The notes under the pieces are model-generated. The model searched no databases and was not told the origin of the DNA. It was given only the letters and a program-made list of their open reading frames with translations. DNA of 64,000 nucleotides, taken from positions 196,974,001-197,038,000 of the forward strand of contig JBITNC010000001.1 of NCBI GenBank assembly GCA_050084985.1. The letters are read 5' to 3'. Both the position numbers and the translations under genes were made by a program. This stretch comes from Nageia nagi. Its lineage: Eukaryota > Plantae > Pinophyta. Of this stretch, positions 1 through 11,526 are shown piece after piece. The number at the start of each line of letters is the position of its first letter. Positions within the stretch are counted from its first letter, which is position 1.

Positions 1-3000
1 GATCACCCCCTTGCTTGTTGTCAGGTCACTCTTCTACTAAAATCCTTGCCTAATATTTAAGATTCTAGATGATCTCTAGAAATCCTTCTCTTGGAAGGAG
101 TTGGAGCCATGGGGTGGTTAGGGTGTTGAGGCTGAAGAGGTTGGTTAGGTTGCAGTGGCTTAGCTAGATCATCTGAACCGATATCTTTAATCATTAGAGT
201 GATGTCAAGGGTGCCAGAATCATTCTTGTATGCTCCCCATTCATGAAAGATCACATCCTGGCTAATATGTAGCTTTTGAGAAATTAGATCATAGCACCAA
301 TAGGCTTTGGAATCATCATAGTATCCCAAAAATATACATTTTGATGGATTTTTCATCCAATTTCTTCATTTTCTCCTTAAGTACATGCATATAACAGGTA
401 GAGCCAAAGATTTGAAGGTGCAAGAGACTAGGTTTCTTACCAAACCAAGCCTCATAGGGGGTTGAATGTTGCATGATCTTGGTGGGGTAGTAGTTTAAAA
501 TGTAGACAGTAGTGTGCATATATTCCCCCCATAATTTATTGTTCATTCCCATTTCCTTAAGCATGCTCTCGGCCATCTTAGTAACAATCTAGTTCTTCCT
601 TTCAGCTACTCCATTCTGTTGTGGAGTGTAGGTAGTGGTATATTGCTACTTGATCATATATTTTTGGTAAAATTATTTGAACTCATTTGAAGTGAATTCA
701 CCACCATGATCTATCCAAAACTTCTTGAGGTGATAGTCAAACTATTTCTCAACAAGTTCCTTGAACATAACAAAAGTTTTAAAGGCATTTAACTTTGTCT
801 ACAATAAATACAATCAACTCATTTGAGAATAATCATTAGTAAAGATAAGCATATTCCTACACTTGGCCAAGGTGGGAGTCTACATAGGTTCACAAATATC
901 AACATGCGCCACCTCCAAAGGTGCTTTTGCATGATGTGGATGGGAGGTAAATTTCTCTTTGTGTTGTTTCCTAGAAATTTAGCTCTCACATAAAGTGTCA
1001 TATGAAAGTGAGAAGGTAGGGATACCTCTAACAAGTTTAGGCAATCCATGGAGTGAGTTAAAATTGATGTGGTTACATCTTTGGTCTACAACCAAGTAGG
1101 ATCAATGGTGGATTTTAGGCATTTAACTATCGTTGGTTGCATCTTCAACATATACATGTGATCCTCAAACATGAGAATCATTGTAATAACATGTTTGTTA
1201 ACCTCATTGATGCTGGTGCAAGTTTTCATTTGGAAGACTAAACAATAGTCATTAAATCACATATGTCTAATGCTAAGTAGATTATGCTTCAATCTAGGAA
1301 CATACAAAGTGTTATGCATATGCATGATCTTACTGGTATTTACTTTAAAAGAAATAGTACCTTTGTTGATAATGTAAACTTGATTATTATCATCAAATTG
1401 GGATTTATCAGAAGCATTTTCTTCAAGTTAAATAAACAAACTTATGTTCCCAATCATATGATTAGAACTCCTACTATCTACATACCAAATCTTGAACTCT
1501 ATTATTAAAAAGTTCAACAGTCTTAGTATCTCCCATCTGGAGAGATTCAAACTCCCTATGCAAGAGCTATAGCTTGGCTACTCTAACTCTTTCTGATCCC
1601 TTTTAGGCATTCTCAATAGTGTCCCATGCAACTTTGGAGAACTTGCATTTTGTAATCTTAGGGAATATTTTAACATCTATCCTGCTTTATGTAGAAAATA
1701 AAAATTAGGTATCCTTGTTTTGGGTCTCCAAGATCTCTTTCTTATCATCTATTGTAAGTGCAACAAAGGCTGTAGCATTAGGTTTAACATATACCTAATA
1801 ACAAAATTCCATAAATATTATGAGATGAGAAAGATTTGCATCCATATGCTCCAATATTTATAGTGTTCTCCACTAAACATAGGGATTTGTAATTGCAAAT
1901 AATTTAGATTCTTTGGATCCATTTAACCCAATAGATTGTATGGCTATGATACCAATTGAAGAATTTAAAGTCATCACACCCCAAGAATGGTGAATAAGGC
2001 ATAAAGGATTTGATACCAAATGAAGAATTTGAAGGTTCAAAGATAAAATAATGTTTTGATTCCAATTGAATAATTTTGATCAACCAGGCTCAAGACAAGA
2101 GCTCTGAACCTAAATGATGATTTTAGAGGCTCAAGATTGCAAACTTTGATACCATAAATTTGCTTGGGGTTCCAATAGAATTTGATGGACAAGGATTGGT
2201 TGAATCTCTAGTAAAATCAAAATACTAAAGGAAATGAAAGTGCTAATGATAGAGTTCCAAAGAAATTTTAAATATAATGTAGTTTGGAAATATCAAATTT
2301 CTGATAGATTGTGGTAACCAAGATTTCATCTGGACTCTAGAAAAAGTAATAATGTGGAATCTACAGTCTAGAGGATGAGGGTAAAAAAATTTTGAAGCCC
2401 ATAACTTATGCATTTCCTAATGAAACCTAGCATTATGACCCATCAAAATTATTAGGGAGAAATATTCTATCTAATGGTGTAGGTTTAGAATGCTTTCAAG
2501 ATGGAAAAAAGGGTTAAAAAATGAGCTAGAAGAAAATAGACTTCTCAAGACTCACTAAGCACAACTGCAGACAACATAGGTTTTGTATTTTGACATTTCT
2601 AAGTGTGTTTCATCAATAATGATGAAAAAGAGCATATGTTCGAAAGGTATTGCAACTAGTAATCCAACCAAGAAGGAATCAAGCAAAATGGAGATCTCAA
2701 ATGGGAATACAGATAAGTACCCACAAAGTACCCATAAAGGTCATTTAATAAATAATAAAATAATAAAACTATTTTATTGAAAATTGGAATACAAATAAGT
2801 ACCCACAAAGTAAAATGATCTCAAATAAGTAAATATCACCTAGATTAAAGATAAAAATCTACAAGTGTTTTCCAAGCATACAAGCTTCATAAGAGATAAC
2901 ACATCACACAACCATAAGGTATTGCAAAGCAAATGGGAGTGCTTTATATTCTAAATATAAAATGGTAGCATAAAATTACATTTAACATTCTCTCACAAAG

Positions 3001-3257
3001 AATGGAAGAGGAAGTCTCTATTTATACAAGAAGAGTGTAAAGGGCTTCATGTGAACTCACAGATTGCAAATATGTGCAAAAACATAAATGAAGTGCCCAA
3101 AAAATCAAAGGAGGTAGTATGGTCATCAAAAATATAAATGAAGCACCCACAAAATTAGATAAGAGTATGGGCATCAATGAAGAAGTATAAAATCAAATAT
3201 GTCTTAGTCAAAGGAGTAGATCTTGAGTATTCGACACTCAACTGTGATCCTGCAACA
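1..3257 (-). mobile_element. Degenerate Ty1/Copia retrotransposon: putative 5' LTR (~2155-3257), PBS array, gag, integrase; continues off the left edge
   Basis: Minus strand: TGTTG start at 3257, TATAAATAG at ~3018-3026, gag start MDPKN...PMFSGEHYKYW at 1922, integrase motifs (PQQNG, TPYEAWFGKKPS, KCIFLGY) at 57-900; many stop codons. Confidence 0.8.
1943..2154 (-). repeat. Five tandem degenerate tRNA-iMet primer-binding-site units
   Basis: Plus-strand cores gctatgatacca (1943), gatttgatacca (2007), gttttgattcca (2053), gctctgaaccta (2101), actttgatacca (2143). The first four are followed by an a(t/a)tgaagaattt-like motif. Confidence 0.8.
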
Positions 3258-3359
3258 TACTAAATTTGGTAGGTGTAATAGTAAGCAGATAATACAGGTG
3301 GTCAGTAGCCATTAGCATTCAAAAAAATTTCATAATTCAAACTATGGAATATTAAATTC

Positions 3360-4280
3360 CTTCAGCTTGCAAGTTTCTTCTTGAGATTGCAAATTACTTA
3401 CATCAAGTATGCAAGTTCATGGAGGCTCATCACATCAACTTCTTGTTGAAGACTTCTTCTTGTATATTGAAACCATTTATGGTTAATGATTATTGTATTG
3501 TAAACCATTTTTTAAAATGGTTAAGTATTTGATCCTTGTTTATGATCTATTACTTCTCAAAATGTAAAGTTGTCTCTCTATCTTCTCTACTCTCTACCCT
3601 ATATTGCATTAAGGGGGAGTATTAGAATTTGTAATACATTATTAGGTATTTAATTTGTAATTTACTTAGATTAATTTACCTAAATACTTAAAGTATTTAT
3701 AAATTCCTTTTAGTATCTAGAAAATTAAAATAAGTGCAACTTGGTACCCCCTTGTCCACTTGTAGGAGAAGTTTGTCCTTTGGTTGAAAAGGGACATACT
3801 TGTCCATTGGATTATAGGATCACCCCTTGGGTAAAAGGGTGAACCCATGAGGGAGTTTTATGCTATAAATAGGAGGCTCCTCATGGATTCATAACACTTG
3901 TAAGAGGTAAAGTTATGCTTTTGGTTGTAGGAGGGTAGATTGTGAGAGAGCTTTGTAATGGTTGTGAAGTAATATAGTTCTAGATTCAAGTGGAGTACTC
4001 TCACTTTGAGAGGAACTAATAGACTTGCTTGTGTCACTTTGTGGATGGATGTGAGTGTGTGAGTTCCATTTTGGTAAAGAAGATGATACTTTAAGGTTGA
4101 TCTTGGGTTTAGGAGTCTTCTCTCCTTTCATGTGTATGTATGGATGAATCAAATTGTATGTATAGATCATGTATATGTATGGATGTATCAAATTATTTAT
4201 ATGGATCATGTGTATAAATGGATGTATCAAATTGTTTATATGAATCATGTATATCAATGGATGTATCAAATTAATCTACA
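3360..4280 (+). mobile_element. Copia 3' end: 3' UTR, PPT (3611-3619) and LTR (3620-4280)
   Basis: PPT aagggggag followed by tattagaa (mutated TG); TATA ctataaatag at ~3863; ends in CA at 4280. The 3' UTR is visibly homologous to 53478-53753. Confidence 0.7.
4131..4272. repeat. 39-bp minisatellite, ~3.6 copies, in the 3' part of the LTR
   Basis: Units such as tgtatatgtatggatgtatcaaattatttatatggatca start at 4131, 4170, 4209 and 4248. Confidence 0.9.
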
Positions 4281-4449
4281 CTTATTTTATTTATTTTGAA
4301 TGAATGGTTTATAATAACCGATTTAACAAGTACATGATCAAAATGTAATAAATAGTCATCATGAGCACTCAAACATGATAAATATTACAAAAACATTGCA
4401 TTTAAAAAATATAAATAGGAGATATAAGCATATGCTACAAAGAGAATGA

Positions 4450-7400
4450 AACCCTAAACAATATGTATTGTTTATGTCTATACCAAAACCAACAGTTTCT
4501 ATTCAAATATTTATGAGGGATTTAAGTAGTGACAATGATGAATTAAAAGAGGATAATATTGGTCATGATGATGATAATGATAATCATGAAAAAAATGTAA
4601 TTGATGATTTAATTGAGTTCCTCTATGTTCATGATGATGATGATGAAAGAGGTGATGATTTAGAAAGGGATAGCATGTATAGTGCTTCCAAAACTAAATT
4701 ATATAAAGGATCAAGTAGAACTTTATTATCGACAACCCTACTTTTGATGAATATAAAAGCCAAATTTGGATGGTTGGATACAAGTTTCACTGCTCCTCTA
4801 ATGTATGCAATTTTTTTTTTATTTTGATATTTTAATTTCTATCAAATTAGCTACATAAATAATTTTTCATTGGTATTACGGGTTACTAAAAGAAAAATTG
4901 CTTTCAAGTAACAATGCCATCCCATATTGGCACATGACATTTTGAAGGATGTAGGGGTGGAATATAATCAATACCATGATTGTATTAATGATTGCATATT
5001 GAATATGATACAAAGAATGAATGTCCAAAGTGCAATGAAAATAGATATCATGAAAAAGGAAAAAAAACTCCTCAAAAGGTAGTTTGCCATGCTAGTCATT
5101 CCTAGGTTAGTGTGAATATTTTGATGTAAGTCTTGCAGAATTAATGGACTAACATGTAAGAAATATAAGTGAAGAAGGTGTGTTGTGTGTACCTATAGAT
5201 AGTAAAGCAATGAAACATATAGAGGAAAAGTGACCCAAGAAATTTTAAGATGAACCTAGGAGTGTCAAATTGGGTTTAGCAATTGATGGTGTAAATCCAT
5301 TTTCGAATCAAACATCTAATTATTCATGTTGGCCTATTGTTATAATCAATTATAACATACCTCCATGGATGTGTATAAGAAAATAACATTTTATGTTGGT
5401 TGTCATAATAATTGGAAAGAAATAGATTAAACACATGTATGTCTACTTTAAACTAATAATTGATGACTTAATGCTCTTGTGGGAAAGAATTCAAATGTAT
5501 GATATAAATAGATCTATCAATCAAAGGTCATTTAGATGTTATGGCATACTATGTTAGACTATACATGATTATCCAGGGCTTTTTGTTTGTGGAGGTATGC
5601 ATATATATAATAATTATTACATGTGCATATTTATTTTTTTTATAACCACATGAATTATATGCATACTCTAATAAAAACTTATTACATATCTTCATACAAA
5701 AGGTTATCATGCTTGTCCACGATATGCAAAAAATCTTCCATCGAGAAATTCAAGTTAGATGCATAAGATGGAATATATTATCCATAAGAAATATTTACCA
5801 ATGGGTCATACTTTTCGAAAAAAGGGAGCCTACGATCAAGTAGATAAAACCCCTATTCCTATTTACACAACTGTTATTGATTTGTTTATAAAGTACCACC
5901 AAAGTGTGGAAAAAGTTAGGAAAAGAGCCTATCAAGAAGGTACTACTTTATGGCTAGATGATGAGATTATTCTTGGTGAAAATGACTTACCCATGGGTGA
6001 AATATTAGATAATGCAATATATCTATAATATGTTTATTAATTTAAAAATATGTAGTGTAAAGTTTCAAATTTATAATTTTACTAATAAAATGATTAATTG
6101 TATACATATTTTCAGGCATGAACAAATTATCAATATTTTATTAGGAGTTGTTAGTGATACATTTATTGGATCCTATGCACATTGTAAAGAATGTTGCATC
6201 TTTTTTATATCGATATACAATAAGCAAAGAATTAGATATTGATTCTATGAGAAATGAATTAAAAGATATTGGGATAATAAAATCCTTATGGATAACTTAC
6301 TATGAAGATGGAAGAAAAGAAGTACTTATGGCCACATGGCTTATGAAAAAAGATGAAGTATAAAAGTTACACAAAGTTATTCAAAACATTAAAACACCAA
6401 TAGATTACATATCATCTCTAAAAAGTGTATTCAAAGCTGATGGTAAAATCACAAGATTCAAAACTCATGATTACCATAACTTTATGATGGTATTAATCTC
6501 ATATTATTAATATATACTTCCTATCAAAATAAAGTGATTAATATCATTTGCACAAATATATTGTATAACATATTTTTCCAATTGCAATTCATAGATGTGG
6601 GAGTCTACCTAATGATCTTAGACATGCAATCAATCAACTACCATTATTTCTAAGGTATATCATATTATAGTATTGCTCTATAAAAAATAATATAACTTGT
6701 GTTTATGGTTATTTTCTAATATTTTATGCATTTTGACATGTTATATTTTGGTGATATTATATTTTTATGAATAGATGGTTATTTTTGAAGGAGATACATG
6801 TGGCTATAATAGATCAATGGTGTAGAGAAATTGTTGAAATTATCTACAAATTAGAAAAAAAAATCGTTGTTACTTTTATGGACATATAAGTGCACCTATT
6901 GATCCACCTAGTAGATGATATTGATATGGTAGTTGTTATGAGTGCTAGAAACATATTTTTTATGGAGATATTTTTAAAAGTACTAAAATGATTTGTTAGA
7001 AAATATTCATGACAAAAAGTATCAATGGGTGAGGGATACATTGTACAAGAATTCTTTTTTTTATGCAAGTGATTATGTTTTTGAAATTAATGCATCTACC
7101 CCAAAGATGTGGAATGCAGACAAAGACAGTGATAAATTAGAAGGGGAGGTCTTAGAAATAGGTGGAACAACATATCTCTTAAAGGTATTAAAGATGTTTT
7201 AGATATTAGTAATTTACATATAATTATAATATGTACATGCATTTTCAATTTAATTTAATCAATGCTTACTAGCTAACGAGTATGTATTATGGCATCATGA
7301 ATTTATAGATTATGATCTTCATGAATATATAAATCGATTTATCATGATGTGCTATGCATGTTGTGAAAATTGGATTTAGCTGTACCAAACCAAAAGAAGG

Positions 7401-8951
7401 GAAATTGAACATGAACATGCCTTTTTTCACAAACAAAATAAAAGGGGTACATCTAGTCTACCTAAAAATTTAAGAGATGATAATGTACCACAAGATAGTC
7501 CAAGGTCATGGATTGAGAATGATATTGAAATGAAATGATGAGTTATAAGAGGAAAAATAGATAAGTTGAACAAAATGCATTAAATATAGCTATTGGATGC
7601 ATGTTTGAGGTAATTATTATAATTAATATTTTTATAAGACTTTATATTGAAGCAAATACAAATATATTGCACTAATAACATTTTTGGTGTAAATTTATGC
7701 AAGCATTGTCTTTCCCTGCAATGTGGGCATTTGGTCAATACTTCATAATAGAAAAGAATGATGAGAGAAGAGCGATATTTGATTATGAAGTGATGGTTGA
7801 TTTTGAACAAAAAACATCGTGTAAATTCAAGAGATTCAAATTTAATATAAGAAAAATTAAAATATATTAGAAAAATTCAAAAAATTATTTAATTGAATTA
7901 TAAGTCATTCCAATGTTTGATATTTAAATGTATGTGGTTTGACACACTCAATAGATTAAAAATTTTGCATGATAAACTTAGTGATTACTTTGGAATCAAC
8001 TCTACACACACTTTACATGATAATAGAGCCTTATATTTTACCGCAACATTGTAGTCAAATAGATTTCATCCAAAATGTTGTAGAAGATAAAAAATGGTTT
8101 GTAATTAAATGTAATCCTAAAGGAAAACATATTGTACATCTTCTTGATGAAGATAATATATAATGACAATATTGTAATTGATGGATGTTAAATTAATATC
8201 ATTGGATGGAATATTCCTTGTTATATACTTCTCATATATATCTTGAATTTTTTTTTATGTATATTTGGCTAATATAATGTTTCTTGTGGTATGATATGTG
8301 AATGCTTTTACTTCTTCATTGATGGGATCGTATGTGTGAATCATTGTGATTTGGTATATGCATGCAAGTTGTAGTCTTCCATTCCTTTGTACATTTGTTT
8401 GGAACTTAGAATTTTAATTAATGAAATATTGGTTGAATATCTTTAAGTGTTAGATGCTAATCTTGTTATATCCTTATAACTTGCATGTTAAGTTAATAAT
8501 GTACATTTCATATGATAAAATTAGTAGTGGTGCACAATTTAAAGTAGAGTTAGAGCACATAGAGATAAGCAGTATTGAAGAATATGGTTACACTAGCTCC
8601 TATATAATAGTGTCTTGCTTATATTTGAATTTCATAGTAAGGATTCCCTAATTTTTTTTTTTTTTAACTTTTTTAAGTTTTTTCGATGCAAATTTGGGTC
8701 ATCACTTGCATCGAAATGCCTTAGACATTTCTCATGCTTATTTTTTGCTATGTGAATTTGACACAAGTTTTACGTTAGAACTTGCATCATTTTACGTTGT
8801 CTATTGCATCAGAATTCGCATTGAATATTGCATCAAAAAATACTTCAAGATTCAATTTTTTTTATGCATTCCAATGTAAAATAGCATCGATTTTCAAATT
8901 TCATTTTTTCATATGCAAAAAATGATGCAAATAGGCCTTTCCCTAGTAGTG
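4450..8951 (+). mobile_element. CACTA (En/Spm) DNA transposon remnant with degenerate Tnp2-type transposase; right TIR ends at 8951
   Basis: Transposase-like fragments (KAKFGWLDTSFT, LDPMHIVKNVA, KTHDYH, EPYILPQHCSQ). Terminus cctttccctagtagtg is the reverse complement of CACTACTAGGGAAAGG. Subterminal tgcatc/gatgca repeats at 8680-8930. Left TIR not found. Confidence 0.85.
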
Positions 8952-9341
8952 AACTCTACATCTTGCATAATATGCATAGATACACCTTTATATTTCAACA
9001 TTACATGAATGATTGCATACAATAAGACTTAGCTCATTACATAAAAGAATATATAAAATTAGTACATATATTTGAAAAATATTGAGAGGTATCAATCTCG
9101 AGGCACCTATTTTATATCTTGGTGTTGTGATATGAAAGATAAGTGTAATAATTTTTCAAATATACATTCAATATATTTGAGCTAATAATTCATAAATTAA
9201 ATTGTTGATGTCTTAGTTGAAGCATGGTTATGATTATAAATTGATTTCAATCAAAATTTTCATTAATATTCTTTATATATTACATAATTAGTATTTATAA
9301 ATTATATAAAATTATTCAATTAAAATATCCATTTTTTTATA

Positions 9342-9346
<5 letters not shown>

Positions 9347-9386
<40 letters not shown>
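9347..9386. repeat. (AT)20 microsatellite
   Basis: Read directly from sequence. Confidence 0.95.
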
Positions 9387-9389
<3 letters not shown>

Positions 9390-10047
9390 AAAGATGTTAT
9401 TTACAAATAAAAGTAGAATAAATATCATAACAAAAATTAAATATGAAAAATTTACAAATTAATCTCAACCATTTATTTGAAAAAGTTAGTTGGGACTTAT
9501 TTTTAGAAGACTAAAGGAGGCTTATAGGAAGGGGGTGGGGAGTAGGATGTCCCAATAATTGATTTTGAGAGTAACCTCAAGTTTGAACATCTAGAGAAAT
9601 TCGAAGCAACCAATAAGGTCTTTGGGATGACATAAGGAAGTAACCCTCCACTAAATGATGAAATCTCAAAAGGAGAGGCTTTAGTTGAAGACAATAAGGA
9701 AATAAAAATCAAGATATTTCAATGGCCATGCCATTGGTCAATCCTCAAGTATGGAGGAAAGGGGCAAAATTGAAGAATTATCGGTGACCATGCAAAAGGC
9801 TCTTGGATGCAAGAAAAAGAAGCATGAATCAAATCCTTTCGAAGAACTACCAAGGCAATTTATTATGGAAGATTGGCCAAAATATGGCAAAAAGCCAAAT
9901 ATGAATAAAAGAGACTCCAAAATCGTATACAATTTAAAGCCCATTCAATCTATTTACCCAAAAAAAGAGAAAGGAAATGAGCTACAATTATTATATTTTT
10001 TGCCAATTGGAGATAATTAATGATTGCTATTCAAAATAGACTAGTTA

Positions 10048-10330
10048 GGGCCGTAGGGACCTGACGAAGTGGTGAGTACTGGCATTCATTGTGATGGGGT
10101 TTGAAGTTTGAATCTATGGCCGTGTTAATGAGCAAGAGAACAGGCACGAACTAGAGACCATTGACTGTTGCGACGTTTGACCCAATCCTACCATGTGGGG
10201 TCCACATCACGTGATGTTAACATTTACCTATGTTGGGGGGAGGTTATAGTGGTTGTCGTAAAGATTTGAATCGTTACCCTATAGTAGAAAATGAAAGTGA
10301 TGTAATCGATTCTTCTCTATATAAAAAAAA
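10048..10330 (+). mobile_element. Candidate tRNA-derived SINE
   Basis: A-box-like tgacgaagtgg (~10062), B-box-like gtttgaatct (~10106), A-rich tail at 10323-10330, weak flanking direct repeat aaaatagactagtt / aaaattaattagtt. Confidence 0.45.
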
Positions 10331-11337
10331 TTAATTAGTTGTTCCTTTTTGTTATATGGACTATCAAACAATGATATCTTGATTTGTAATACAAGTTTTA
10401 GGACCTTGTGCAAAAAATTCCTTAATCTTATTTATCATTACTAAATTTTTATTTAATTGTCTATTTATACAAATGTCAAAATTGTTGATTAATTTCAACT
10501 ATTAAATTATTGTTAATTAAACATACCAACATACAATAATCAAATTCTCCACCACCATTGATACTATAAAACACCTCTCAACATAATTTAAAAATTAATA
10601 AGATTAAATTAATGATAAAAGTAACCTATTAATTAAATTAAACTAGTTTTGATATATCTCTTTATATATCAAAAAAATACAAAAGATATCATTCTCATAC
10701 TGTAATTTATTATATTTAATATGTGTTTTATATTCTTTTCTTAAAAAATATGGTATTTATATAATTTTTAATTTATATTTTTGAAGTTAACTATTTTTAT
10801 TTTTATTTTAAATAATAAAATCAATTCATTTTTTCTAAATATTAAAACTTATGTTTATAAGATTAATTCACATGCGACATTTTAACTCTCCATTCCACTC
10901 ATATTCCTAAGAAAGCTTCTCAACCTTAACAACCAAAACAAGATAACAAAAGCTGTGTTATGTATCTTTAACTTGAAATGTTAAAACAAGGACATATTCA
11001 TTCCATCAGCAGCCAATGCAATGCAAGAAGCCATGTTAAATAAAATCTAGAATGGATATGATGGTATTGATGCATCAAACACAAGTAGTGACCGTCGTTT
11101 GTTTTTGGTTGTATGTCCGTCCAACTGGAAGGCCGCCCTCCCTCGTTTTTCCATCAGTCCTTGTCGTAAATATATGCTCACACTCACACTACAGTCATGG
11201 TCTTACTCGTAGAGTGCGAAAAGCTAAATAAGCTGGGACCCTAGCCCTTGAATACCGGGCAGGCTCACCTTTTTGTGTTGAAATTCCTCATAACTAACCT
11301 AATCCTTCCTTCAGCGAAGGGAATCACAAACATACTG

Positions 11338-11526
11338 ATGGGCATGGAAGAAGAACAGGGAAGGGGAATGGAATATAGTAGGGGTGGAGAGCAGATGGAC
11401 CGACATGTACAGATAAGGGAGAAACGAAAATGCAGAGATTCGGTGTTTTCTGGTGCTCTTCATTGCATTCTTAGTAGGAATGGTGGTTAACTCCAGCTTT
11501 GCCTTCAATAGAGGGGATCCCCATAG
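11338..11526 (+). CDS. CTL1: CTL1 exon 1 (contains apparent +1 frameshift)
   Basis: MGMEEEQ...KRKCRDSVF, then in the shifted frame LVLFIAFLVGMVVNSSFAFNRGDPH; donor GT at 11527. Choice of start ATG is uncertain. Confidence 0.8.

Noticed and set aside
1943-2154. CRISPR array
   Set aside because: It has a repeat-spacer look, but the DNA is eukaryotic, there are no cas genes, and the repeats are degenerate retrotransposon PBS motifs.
3913-4269. 118-aa repetitive ORF
   Set aside because: It is the translation of a 39-bp LTR minisatellite.
9503-10020. Short ORFs upstream of the gene
   Set aside because: No recognisable domain or splice structure.
11446-11449. Programmed ribosomal frameshift
   Set aside because: There is no canonical slippery heptamer or evident stimulatory structure; an indel is the simpler explanation.
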